DNA of 28,150 nucleotides from Octopus sinensis (GCF_006345805.1 NW_021836586.1:1-28150); one strand, 5' to 3'; positions 1 to 10,320 are shown, counted from the stretch's first letter. Notes: generated from the letters alone by a model not told the origin. A program made the numbers and translations.

Positions 1-130
1 GGTCGGCTTTGCCTTTCATCTCTTCGGGATCGATAAAATAAGTACCAGACAAGTGCTGGGATGGTTGTAATATTCTAGCACCCTCTCCACCAAAATTTCA
101 GGCTTTGTGTCCATTGTGGAAAGGATTATT
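1..130 (+). mobile_element. SINE family A (CORE-domain type) 3' fragment
   Basis: GGTCGGCTTTGCCTTTCATCTCTTCGGGATCGATAAAATAAGTACCAG matches the core of the copies at 18575-19801 and 20481-20778; the motif resembles the CORE-SINE domain. Confidence 0.8.
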
Positions 131-316
131 TTTATTACTGAAGACAACTTGGTTGCTATTTCTTGCAGCTTAAGTGACCATGCTAAGGCTTCCTTTCTCA
201 TTGGCTCAGAATTCCTCTAATCTTTTTGTTTGTCTCAGGCCAATTCTAAATGGACAGAAGCTGTGATCAAATGCTCTTTAGCATTTGGTCATCCAAATTG
301 ATTAAAAGACATTTTT

Positions 317-530
317 ATTTTTCGCTTGCTTTAGTCATTGGACTGCAGCCATGTTGGGGTCACCGACTTGAAGTGTTCAGTCGAACAAACTAACCCCAAT
401 ACTTACTTTTAAGCCTGGCACTTATTCTATGTGTCGCTTTTACTGAACCGCTAAGATTCGAGCATAAACAAACCAACAACGGTTGTCAAGTGCTGGTGGG
501 GAATATACATAACAAAAATACAGACATACA
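317..530 (-). mobile_element. SINE family B, 3' half, degenerate
   Basis: AGTCATTGGACTGCAGCCATG...GAACCGCTAAG...GGTTGTCAAG is the reverse complement of the 3' half of the full copy at 4669-5128. Confidence 0.8.
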
Positions 531-540
531 CAGAAATAAA

Positions 541-732
541 CTGGTACTCCGTCGGTTACGACGATGAGGGTTCCAGTTTATCCGATAAACGGAACAGAAT
601 GCTCATGGAATTAACGGGCAAGCGGTTGAGCACTCCACTGACACGCATACCCTTAACATAGTTATCAAAGAATCCAGCGTGACACAGAATATGTCGAAGC
701 CGGCCCTTTGAATTACAGGTACTACTTATTTT
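541..732 (-). mobile_element. SINE family C, 3' body fragment
   Basis: Recognised from memory as the body of a high-copy octopus SINE (GTCGGTTACGACGATGAGGGTTCCAG...CCCTTTGAATTACAGGTAC). Only heads of this family are present elsewhere in the window, so it is not internally verifiable. Confidence 0.6.
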
Positions 733-736
733 TAGA

Positions 737-849
737 GTGTAGGACAAAAGCTCCCTAGGACAAAAGCCCCCTAGAACAAAAGCCCCTCGGACAAAATCCC
801 CATAGTTAAAGTGTGAAAGTGGACATAAGCCCCTCGAACAAAAGCCCCA
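737..849. repeat. Short array of GGACAAAAGCCCC(T)-like motifs (~6 copies), possible DNA-transposon subterminal repeats
   Basis: GGACAAAAGCTCCC, GGACAAAAGCCCCC, GAACAAAAGCCCCT, GGACAAAATCCCC, GGACATAAGCCCCT and GAACAAAAGCCCC are directly visible. Confidence 0.7.
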
Positions 850-873
850 CGGTTATATATATATATTTTCACC

Positions 874-1205
874 TTTTACTTGTTTCAGTCATTAGACTGT
901 AACCATGCTGGGGAACCGACTTGAAGAAATTTTAGTTGAACATATCGGCGCCAGAATTTTTATTTTCTATTTTTACTCGTTGTAAAAGGCACCACCTTGA
1001 AGAATTTTTAGTTGAATGCATTGACGCAAAAATCTTTTTTATATTTTTACTTGTTGATGCAGTTATTAGACTACGGCCATGCTGGGACACCACCTTGAAG
1101 AATTTCTAGTCGAATGTACCGACGCCAAAATTTTTGTTATTTTTACTCGTTGCAGTTTTTAGGCTGCGGCCATGCTGGGGCACCGCCTTCAAGAATTATT
1201 AGTCA
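874..1205 (-). repeat. Four tandem diverged copies of the SINE B 3' tail (~75-97 bp period)
   Basis: TTTTACT(T/C)GTT...GGCCATGCTGGG.CACC.CCTTGAAGAATT recurs at ~874, ~971 (internally deleted), ~1046 and ~1142. Confidence 0.8.
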
Positions 1206-1748
1206 CAGAAAAATCAGCATTTTAAAATTAAAATTTAAAGTATTTTGTTTTCTTCTCTCAGCACTTACAGATTAATGAGAATGAGCTGACATTTTGAACT
1301 TTCTCCGGCTGTTGAAGGTCTAACAGAACTATGGCGCCGAAGGCTCGTCATCTAAACGTACTTCTTATCGTTTTTATGTTTCTACACATTTCTTGAAGTA
1401 AATGTTTCCCCTTTTGCTAGAATTTAGACAATATGTACATTGAGTAGTAAAGAGTCTTGTGTTCCGTTATTCTTTTCTACTTATTTATTTTCGATTGAGT
1501 ATATTTTTACTTAAAAATTAGAATTTTGGAAAATAAAAGTTTTTTTTTCTTTTCTTTTGCAACTGCGATTTCCGCTTTTGTTTACGTGAAATTCTAATTT
1601 TTTTTTGTTTTGGATCTTTTCACTTTGACCGACAGATTTAAAAAATAATTTTTTCCAAAGCACCTCCTATACCCGTGTATCCAGTAAAAGAAGTCCATAG
1701 TGTGTGTGTGTGTACAACGGAGAAGCGGTGACGAGTGACAATTCGGTA

Positions 1749-1784
<36 letters not shown>

Positions 1785-1787
<3 letters not shown>

Positions 1788-2025
1788 CCATTGATCATGT
1801 TGTCTCCAAATGCAAAACCATTGATCATGTTGTCTCCAAATGCAAAACCATTGATCATGTTGTCTCCAAATGCAAAACCATTGATCATGTTGTCTCCAAA
1901 TGCAAAACCATTGATCATGTTGTCTCCAAATGTAAAAACCATTGATCATGTTGTCTCCAAATGCAAAACCATTGATCAAGTTGTCTCCAAATGCAAAACC
2001 ATTGATCATGTTGTCTCCAAATGCA
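1785..2025 (+). repeat. 8 x 30-bp tandem repeat AAACCATTGATCATGTTGTCTCCAAATGCA at the LINE 5' junction
   Basis: Units start at 1785, 1815, 1845, 1875, 1905, 1936, 1966 and 1996; there is one extra A at 1935 and two substitutions. Confidence 0.97.
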
Positions 2026-2729
2026 GTCTTCTAGCGCCTACAGAGTACCTCAACAGGCATGATAGAGCTGCACAATATATTCACTGGGTAATTTTCAAAA
2101 ACCTGGATTTGTCCCATGAAAAAAACTGGTGGGAACACAATCTACCTCCAGTACTTGAAAATGACCACATCTCACTCATCTGAAACTTCACCATTCAAAC
2201 TGACAGAAAGATAAATGCAAATAGGCCAGACATCATATTGAAAGACTTCAGACAAAGAACATGCCTCCTCATTGATATGACTGTCCCAATCGATATAAAC
2301 GTATCTGTCAAGACCTACCAAAAACTGAGCAAATATAAAGATCTTGAAATAGAAATCAGCAAAATGTGGAAGCTGAAGACTAAAACCATACCTGTTGTCA
2401 TAGGTGCCCTGGGAATGATAGCGAAAGGGGCTGATTGCTACCTAACTCAGATACCAGGAAACCCCAAAATGGCAGAAATTCAAAAGATAGTGCTCATGGG
2501 AACTGCTCATATCCTACGCAAAATACTCTCTATGTAATCCCAAGGTTTAAAACAAACTTTTTTTTTTTAAATCTATGTATTAGACATTCACTAGTACAAC
2601 ACCAAAAAAACCCAAATATATGGCACACTAGGCATAACAACAACGTGAACTTCCAGCCTGTTGTCTCTTGAGGTCTCTGGGTGAGACTTGGACCCAACTT
2701 GTACAGACGTAAAGCAAAAGTCAAACATA

Positions 2730-2730
<1 letters not shown>
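1785..2730 (+). mobile_element. 5'-truncated R4/Dong-type non-LTR retrotransposon (zinc-knuckle tail, restriction-like endonuclease, 3' UTR), inactivated
   Basis: One frame reads KTIDHVVSKCSLLAPTEYLNRHD...ISLI*NFTIQTDRKINANRPDIILKDFRQRTCLLIDMTVP...KLSKYKDL...IPVVIGALG...LRKILSM* (ends 2537). This is the H-x4-C knuckle end, RHD and PD..D/ExK motifs of RLE-clade LINEs, with a premature TGA at 2181-2183 where W is expected. Flanked by (AAT)n on both sides. Confidence 0.92.

Positions 2731-2798
<68 letters not shown>
2731..2798 (+). repeat. (AAT)n tail/target of the Dong-type LINE (partner array at 1749-1786)
   Basis: Pure AAT arrays on both sides of the element. Confidence 0.95.
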
Positions 2799-2800
<2 letters not shown>

Positions 2801-2927
2801 TTAAAGCTTATAAGCGATCACCACGCATTGACTAAAGAAAATAGTCCTAATATTGGGGCATATAAGCCCTCGACGGAAAAAGTGGCTGTCGGTACGCAAG
2901 GTCTCGAAACCACAACTCATATATATA

Positions 2928-2989
<62 letters not shown>

Positions 2990-2991
<2 letters not shown>

Positions 2992-3119
2992 CGATGGGCT
3001 TCTTTCAGTTTGCGTGTATCAAGGCTCTGGCTGGCCCAGGGTTATAGTAGCAAACACTTTCCCAAACTGCTAACGCAGTTGAGAAGCAAGCCTCTGAACC
3101 ATACATCCATGCCTGCACC
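2990..3119 (-). mobile_element. SINE family B 5' head, degenerate
   Basis: CGATGGGCTTCTTTCAGTTT...GGCCCAGGGTTATAGTAG...ACATCCATGCCTGCACC aligns to the reverse complement of 4669-4830. Confidence 0.7.
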
Positions 3120-3197
3120 TCAACTTCGTAATTCAATGTGTCCCTCTTTTAAGACCGACGGATAATTTTAATTAAAACTATAAAGAGATATTTACTT

Positions 3198-3709
3198 TTA
3201 CACTATCAAGGGAATACTAAACCAGAACAGAGAATAATACAACAATCGAAGCTCTTCGCATATGTTGAGTTCAATATAGCGTTTCTTGTAATCGTGTAAA
3301 CTACTTGATAAGGAATTCGATAAGAGCCGATGCTTTGATACAAAATCCTGAAAACTTCTATCACCTGACACTTCAACATCAACAGTATTATTGATTGCAT
3401 TCGTATCAAAAGAAAACAAGAAGGAAGAAACATCATATTGGTCACAAAAGTATTTTAATGTCTTATTTTACCTCTTTTGACATTGTTTAAGAGCCACTAA
3501 ACCTTACAGATGACTCATACAGAAGTTTTTTTTCTAAAATGGAATCCTTGAAAACTTTATCGTATAATAGCAGAAAAAATAATGTACAGGTGTGTTTGAT
3601 ACCTGAAGGCTTGAGAAAAACACCATCAACAGGGAAGTTCTCATCCAATAACAAATAGTTGCTTAATATCTCTTTATCATAAAAGACACACCTTTCTCTT
3701 AAAACATTC
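3198..3709 (-). pseudogene. Candidate decayed or mis-assembled coding segment, unidentified product
   Basis: 73 open codons (3708-3490), one stop, 6 codons, one extra A, then 89 open codons to 3198. It lies in non-repetitive sequence behind a polypyrimidine tract and AG acceptor at 3710-3711. No family recognised. Confidence 0.3.
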
Positions 3710-3774
3710 CTATTTATTAAAAGGACACATTGAATAAAAAATAAAAAAAAGGTTTAGATATCTTTTAACATTTA

Positions 3775-3960
3775 TTTTTTTATTGTTTCAGTCATTTGAC
3801 TGCGGCCATGTTGGGCCACCGCCTTAAAGGGTTTTAGTCGAACAGATCAACACCAGGACATATCTATCTGCCTCTTTGCCGAACCGCTAATTTACGGGGA
3901 CGTAAACACACCGACAACAATAGTTGTCAAGCGGTGATGGGGGACAAACACGAGCAAAAA
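3775..3960 (-). mobile_element. SINE family B, 3' half, followed by CA/TA microsatellite to ~4090
   Basis: GTTTCAGTCATTTGACTGCGGCCATG...TTTGCCGAACCGCTAA.TTACGGGGACGTAAACAC is the reverse complement of the 3' half of 4669-5128. Confidence 0.88.
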
Positions 3961-4016
3961 GACACGCACACATACATACATTAATACATACATACATATT
4001 ACATACATACATACAC

Positions 4017-4050
<34 letters not shown>

Positions 4051-4417
4051 ACACACAACACACATATTATATATATATATATATATATATCTGTTAAAAT
4101 GTCTTATTGACGAGTTTCATTTCTTCACTTCCCTGAAAAGAAGATTACATTGCTTTACACCATTTATTTCTTTGGAATACTATCAGTGAAATCTTCGAAA
4201 CATGTGTCGGAAGTGAAAGTATTTGAATTATACCTACGTTAAATTCCATTTATATATTTATATATTATACAAAAAGTTTCTACCTTTAAAAACAAGGAAT
4301 TACAACCTCTTTACTTGTGTGATTTTTTGTTACCCTGGTAACTATTTATCTATTTTTTCCGTGTTGATTGTTAACGAGAGAAAAATACACTCATCTATTT
4401 ATATATATATATATAAG

Positions 4418-4507
4418 ACATCTTTCAGTTTTTGTCTGCCAGATCTACTCACAAGGCTTTGGTCGACCCGAGGCTATAGCAGAAAACACTTGCTCAAGGT
4501 GTCACGG
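4418..4507 (-). mobile_element. SINE family B internal/head fragment
   Basis: CTTTCAGTTT...CTCACAAGGCTTTGGTCGACCCGAGGCTATAG...CACTTGCTCAAGGTG. Confidence 0.8.
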
Positions 4508-4668
4508 CTAAAATGCATTCAGAGGTCAGTCCATTTAAGGGTGATATGAGATGAACAATAACAAGCACAAAGGAGCCCCGAACTAATGAGAAGTGAAGCC
4601 TTTATACAGTCACCCAACCTGCAAGAAATAACAGCCAAATCTCCTTCATCAAAAAAAAATTAATGATA

Positions 4669-4851
4669 GGCGCGGGCGTGGCTGTATGGTAAGAAGCTTC
4701 TTACCAACCACATGATTCCGGGTTCAGTTCCACCACGTGGCACCTTAGGCAAGTATCTTCTACTATAACCTCAGGCCGACCAAAGCTTTGTGAATGGATT
4801 TGGCAGACGGAAACTGAAAGAATCTCGTCGAGTATATATATGTGTGTGCGT

Positions 4852-4902
<51 letters not shown>

Positions 4903-5128
4903 GTGTGTGTGTTTGTGTGTCTGTGTCGGTGTTTGTATCCCCACCATCGCTTGACAGCCGATGCTGGTGTGTTTACGTCCCCGTAACCTAGCTGTTCTGC
5001 AAAAGGATACGATAAAATAAATACTAGGCTTACAAGAATAAGTCCTGGGATCGATTCGTTCAACTAAAGGCGCTGCTCCAGCATGGCTGCAGTCAAATGA
5101 CTGATACAAGTAAAAGAATGAAAGAATG
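4669..5128 (+). mobile_element. Full-length tRNA-derived SINE family B with internal (GT)n
   Basis: Pol III A-box TGGCTGTATGG and B-box GGTTCAGTTCC near the 5' end, central microsatellite, 3' tail CAAGTAAAAGAATGAAAGAATG. Many homologous fragments occur in the window. Confidence 0.92.
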
Positions 5129-5364
5129 TGAACTGCAGTACAGCGTACCAGATAAAGGTGAGATTTAATGGCTGGAATACCCTCGATCGTGGGTCGGTTT
5201 GGTCTAAGCTAACCAAGGGATAAACACCGACTGTAAAGCAACAGAAAAGATAATTTGATTTTGTGAGTTTGAGGTATATATTTCTGAATTCCAAGAAGAG
5301 GAAGTATTAACGAAATCCCTCATGCTGTACGTGTATGCAGCTTTGATAGATGTGGCGTTAATTA

Positions 5365-5730
5365 TATAGAGCTGTCCAAGTTTTGCTTCCCATGCATATG
5401 GTCTTGGGTTCCGTCCTACGGCGCGGCCCCTAGTGCAAATGTCTTCCATTACAGAATCGGGTCAACCAAAGCCTTGTGAGTGGATCTAGTAGACGGAAAC
5501 TGAACAAAATCCGTCGTGTGTGTGTGCGTGCGCGCGTGTGTGTGTGTGTGCTTATATTTGTCTTCCATCATCGCTTGATAACTGGTATTGATGTGTTTAC
5601 ATCCTTGTAACTTAGCAGTTCGGCAAAAGAGACTAGCAGAATAAATACCAGCCTTTAAAAAAATAAGTAGTGGGAGCAATTTGTTCGACTAAACCTGCAA
5701 TGCAGTGTCCAAGCATGGCGGCAAACCAAT
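5365..5730 (+). mobile_element. SINE family B, older diverged copy
   Basis: CAACCAAAGCCTTGTGAGTGGATCTAGTAGACGGAAACTG...GTAACTTAGCAGTTCGGCAAAAGAGAC is colinear with 4669-5128. Confidence 0.85.
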
Positions 5731-5996
5731 ATCTAAAAAGATTATAGGATGGAAGATAAAAGCTTCTACGTAATGCAGTTGATAAAGACCAAGAGATCAA
5801 AACATAAATTGTAATTGATGAGAAAGAGGGGGGAATGGGAAGTAATGGAGAAGAAAGAAGTAACAAGTGTTAGCAGACGGACTGTGGTAAAGGACAGAAG
5901 AATAAGAAAATGAAGGGAACACCAGCTAAATGAGGGAGAAAAATGTTAAGAGGGTAAGAGATAGAAATGATAGGAAATTTATTTACATACATATAT

Positions 5997-6202
5997 GTTC
6001 TTTTATTCTTTTACTGGTTTCAGTCATTTGACTGCGGCCATACTGGAGCACCGCCTTAAAGGGCTTTATAGTCGAAGAAACCAACTTAGTCTTTGTAAGC
6101 CAAGTACTTATTCTATCGGTATCTTTTGCCGAACCGCTAAGTTATGGGGACATAAACACACCAACATCGGTTGTCAAGCGAGGGGGGGAGACAAACACAG
6201 AC

Positions 6203-6203
<1 letters not shown>
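5997..6203 (-). mobile_element. SINE family B, 3' half
   Basis: TTTCAGTCATTTGACTGCGGCCATACTGGAGCACCGCC...GCCGAACCGCTAAGTTATGGGGAC. Confidence 0.9.
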
Positions 6204-6277
<74 letters not shown>

Positions 6278-6474
6278 AGAGAAGAGAAGGAGAGAGAAAG
6301 AAAGAGAGAGAGAGAAAGAGAAGAGAGAGAGGAGAATGAGAGTAAGGGAGAGAGAGAGAGAAATGAATACACATGCATTTTTTCCTTCTGAGCCGCTTTT
6401 GTGAGAGTACATACACATACATACATACATACATACATACATACATACATACATACATACATACATACATGCAC

Positions 6475-6518
<44 letters not shown>

Positions 6519-6647
6519 ATATATATTAATGATAGAAATGGTAAGACAACAAAGAATGAAAGGACCTCGATATTATGTAAATAGAGGAATTTATCTGTAT
6601 GTCACATATCACATTTACAGATATATATATATATATATATCGTAATG

Positions 6648-6714
<67 letters not shown>

Positions 6715-6720
6715 ATATAT
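6204..6720. repeat. Compound microsatellite block (TA, GA, TACA, CA, TA) with a short unique insert at ~6525-6620
   Basis: Directly visible; it explains the overlapping low-complexity ORFs. Confidence 0.95.
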
Positions 6721-7379
6721 ATCGGCTTGCCATCCTGAATAAAGTATGCTTCACCGAGGAGCTTTAACAGCCAAAACTTAACTGTCATTTTCACCAACTT
6801 CTGAAAACGTAATCCACTCAAGTCCTCTTGTCGATATTGCCTCAAACCGACTAACATATCATCCTGTATTTATTCCCCTTGTTTATTATTTTTAAGATTT
6901 TAATCGCCTCCCCACCTCCAGTAGTTTTAACTGCTACTTGCATGAATTATGTCAGTTTACCGAAGGTTCTCAACTCAATATATGACATATGTAAGACTAT
7001 ATGGTATTTTCGTCATTTGTATAGAGAAGGGCATTCCCCTGAGGTGTTTCCCTCAGCTAAATTCCATCCTGGAAACGGAAACTGAAACGCAGTTTCAAAT
7101 TTCAGTAAGAATAATTTCAATTCGCTACTTCTATTGAATCACGTACAGTTAAGAAACTAAACTGAAACACAATAAAAAGATGAACGTGGAAACACGATTA
7201 ACTCTGCCTCTCCTTTTCGCCCTCTCACATGTCATATGTTCATATGCGTCCTTTGTAGTATCGAGTTTAAAACATGAACACAATACAAATATATCGTGGT
7301 AATAATAACGTTTTTGCCGTTTCATATAATTTAAGCTGTGTTCTCCAACTGTTTAATGACGATCGTGACCACTTAGGCC

Positions 7380-8105
7380 ACTAGCACCGGGGCTACCACC
7401 ACCACTACCACTAACACTACCGCCGCCACCACCATCATCATCATCACCACCAGCCACCGACGCCATCGTCGCCATCCACGCTACCACCACTAGAACCATC
7501 AGCGTAATGACCAGCATCATGTCATTATCACCAATAACTTATAACTTCCTCCGTCCACTCCTCCCCTCATGAACGCCCACAACACTTTGACTGCCACTAC
7601 CACTACCACCACTGTTATTTTAACCACCACCACTACCCTACCACCAACATCACTACCATTACTACCACCGTGTCACCATCACCACCACCACTACCACCAC
7701 TTCCACCACTACAAGCACTACCACCACCACAACCGTACCACGACCACCACCGCACCACGACCACCACCGCACCACGACCACCACCACGACCACCGCACCA
7801 CCACCACGACCACCACGACCACCACCACTACCACCACTACTACCACCACCACCGTAACACCACCACCACCGTACCACCACCATCACCACCACCACCACCG
7901 TACCACCACCAACACCACCACTACCACCACCACCATCAATATCGTCACCACTATAATCAACACTTCTTTCATTACCAACACTAAACCATTATCACCACCA
8001 CCACCACCACCACCACTACCATCACAATTATTACTACAAACACCACTACTACCAAAACCACTACAAACGCCACCACCACCACCACCATCGACAACAACAA
8101 CAAAT
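7380..8105. repeat. ACC/CAC-rich low-complexity tract
   Basis: Degenerate (ACC)n with ACCACCGCACCACG sub-units; it gives poly-T/H/P ORFs in every frame. Confidence 0.9.
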
Positions 8106-8694
8106 AAAAAAAAAGGCGCAATACGGCATATGTGGAACAATAACAATTGCAAGTACGTTTGATTTCCCTCGTGCGTGACTGTGGCATAAACTCATGTGAC
8201 ATCACAACTGTCATCTTCGTGATGGCGACGATAGTAGTGATGGAAAGAATGATACGGGGGCGTGGGGATGGGGTAATGTGTGTGTGTGTGTGTGTGTGGT
8301 GTGTGTGTGCTTTAATTGTATTCTCGTGATTATTTCTCAGTACTGTTCGTGGCAGTGATAGATTTGGGTCAAAGGTGGTTTGGAATCGTCCGTGCTCTCT
8401 TTGGTTTCCCTCGTTTCTAAACCATTTTTTTGTTTGTTTTTTTTTTTTTGTTTTTTATTTGCTAATATGATCCAAACGAGCAACCGTACACTAATTAGTG
8501 ATGCAGTTCCTACGTGATCGGTCAGCATGTTAGAACTAGCAGTCAAATCACCATCAAATCGCCGATCTAGAAACACATTGCATAAAGTAATCCAATATGT
8601 TTTCTTCCTTTTCTTCTCTCGTCTTCTCGGGTAATCTCTCGTGTCCAAGATAGACGATTCTACAATTTCTTACTGAACATCCTGCACAGATGAT

Positions 8695-9197
8695 GGTACC
8701 ATTTATGAAGAGTGGTCTCGGTGCGCGTACTCGCGCACCCGCGCTAGCTAGTAGTGACTAGTCAATCCTACGACTACCTAGCGCGAGTGCAAATGTATTT
8801 AAATAATTTTTGTTTAAACAAAATAAATAGGTTTTTTTTTCTCAGCAAACTAAATAAAAAAGTCTTCGTATTTTGAAAAATTCCAAATAACGATTAGGTT
8901 GAATATATCCTCACGTATTTATGGTCCTATGATACAGAGATGACCGGTCTTTCACAAACTACTATCAGTACATGAGGGACATTACAAGTAATTATCTTTT
9001 GCGTAACCCCTACCAAATTGGTGGACTTGGGCACATCGTAGAAATAGATGAGTCTATGACGTGCAAGCGCAAATACAACAGAGGTAGAATGCCACAGGTG
9101 AGGGTTTTTTTTATTCCGCTAGGTAGTCGTAGGATCGACTAGTCACGACTAGCTAGCGCGAGTGCGCGCACCGGGACCACTCTTCTTAAATAGTACC
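8695..9197 (+). mobile_element. Merlin (IS1595/IS1016-like) DNA transposon, internally deleted, 503 bp
   Basis: TIRs 8695-8783 and 9117-9197 (81 bp, 6 substitutions plus one 8-nt insertion) start with GGTAC. A perfect 8-bp TSD CAGATGAT sits at 8687-8694 and 9198-9205, and there is an internal transposase remnant. Confidence 0.95.
8939..9112 (+). pseudogene. Merlin transposase fragment containing the first catalytic Asp motif
   Basis: DDRSFTNYYQYMRDITSNYLLRNPYQIGGLGHIVEIDESMTCKRKYNRGRMPQVRVFF; IGGxGxxVEIDES...KRKYNRGR is the hallmark of DDE_Tnp_IS1595/Merlin transposases. Confidence 0.92.
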
Positions 9198-9294
9198 CAG
9201 ATGATTTGTTTATAGTGATCAAAAGTTTGTGCTGTATATTAGCTCACTCACTCCATCACATCGACAGGACGGTGTGCTACACGCCAGATGTCAA

Positions 9295-9410
9295 AATGAT
9301 TGTAGAGTAATGTGAAATGAAGTGTCTTGCTCAAGAAACACAATGCATCATCCGACCCAGGAATCGAAACTATGACCTCGCGATCGGAAATGCGACACTC
9401 TAGACTATCA
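9295..9410 (-). mobile_element. tRNA-derived SINE head (family C type), degenerate
   Basis: GTGAAATGAAGTGTCTTGCTCAAG...CCCAGGAATCGAAAC: reverse B-box GTTTCGATTCC followed by a CTTGAGCAAGACACTT motif. Confidence 0.7.
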
Positions 9411-9724
9411 CCCTACTCATTTCAAGACTTGCACCACGTGCTTTCCACTAGGTAATGAACCACCGCTCGGCGACGCTTGAGCAATCAATCCCATCTCTAT
9501 GGATTAATTGAGGTAACTAAGGACTCACAGAATTGGGATAACCAGGATTGAATAGGGGCGGACAAATTGCCATATTTAATAAAAACAATTAAGAATGTTT
9601 TAAACTTTTAAATTTGTCACAACACCATGCCGTATAAAGAAAGAGTATATGGATGACCAACTCCTCGATGATAAAAAGGAGGTGGGCAAAAACGTCTCTA
9701 ATATTTTACGGGGTGGGGTAAAAC

Positions 9725-10320
9725 GGCAAGGTGGAAAAGGCGTTACCGCGTCGGGCAAAATATCTAGCGGCATTTCGTCCCTCTTTACGTTCAGAGTTCA
9801 AATTCCGTCGAGGCCGACTTGACTTTTCCTTCGTTCAGAGTCAATGAAATAAGTACCAGTTGAGTGCTGGGGTTGATGTAATTCACAACCTCCTTCTCCC
9901 AAGATTTCAGGTCTTATGCCAAAATTTGAAATCAACATTGATATTGACAAATTTTTGCCTCGTGCCAAGATTTCAAGCTAATATTTTCTATTGACAAATA
10001 ATGCAGCGAGCTGGCAGAATCGTTAGCACGCTGGAAAAAATGCTTAACGGCATTTCGTCCGTCTTCATGTTGAGTTCAAATTCCGCCGATGTTAACTTTG
10101 CCTTTCATCGTTTCGGGGTCGATAAAATAGGTATCAGTCAAGCACTTCCCACGAACTTACTGGCCTTGTGCTAAAATTTCAAACCAATATGTCACTGGTA
10201 TTCAAGGCCGCCTGCTGGCAAATCGTTAGCACACCGGGTAAAATGATCAACGGAATTTCGTACATATTCATGATTTGAGTTCATATTCCACCGAGGTCGA
10301 CTTTGCTTTCTTTCCTTCAT
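9725..10320 (+). mobile_element. Three successive diverged SINE family A copies (~9725-9940, ~10003-10190, ~10205-10320)
   Basis: Each has GTTA(G/C)CAC/GC..CGGG...ATTTCGT...GAGTTCA(A)ATTCC..CGA(G)G, as in 18575-18807. Confidence 0.85.

Noticed and set aside
1240-1390. Acceptor-like site and short ATG ORF MAPKARHLNVLLIVFMFLHIS
   Set aside because: It stops after 21 codons with no usable donor before the stop.
1785-2025. CRISPR-like 30-bp direct repeats
   Set aside because: The units are contiguous with no spacers and derive from LINE coding sequence; eukaryotic context, no cas genes.
4124-4220. Two opposed GGAAGTGAA motifs (Ets-IRF composite-like)
   Set aside because: Two 9-mers without further context are too weak to separate from chance.
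4669-4745. tRNA gene
   Set aside because: It has A and B boxes but no cloverleaf, and it continues into the SINE body; the same applies to the other SINE heads.
6721-6875. TA-flanked segment as another PLE terminus with a ribozyme
   Set aside because: It may be a repeat, but no intact CUGANGA/GAAA pair is present on either strand.
7569-8162. 197-aa Thr/His/Pro-rich ORF and overlapping ORFs
   Set aside because: Open in several frames on both strands because ACC repeats lack stops; there is no domain or splice context.
8330-8430. Possible terminal exon LFVAVIDLGQRWFGIVRALFGFPRF after TTTCTCAG
   Set aside because: Short, unrecognised and with no partner exon; similar AG sites are common in this T-rich DNA.
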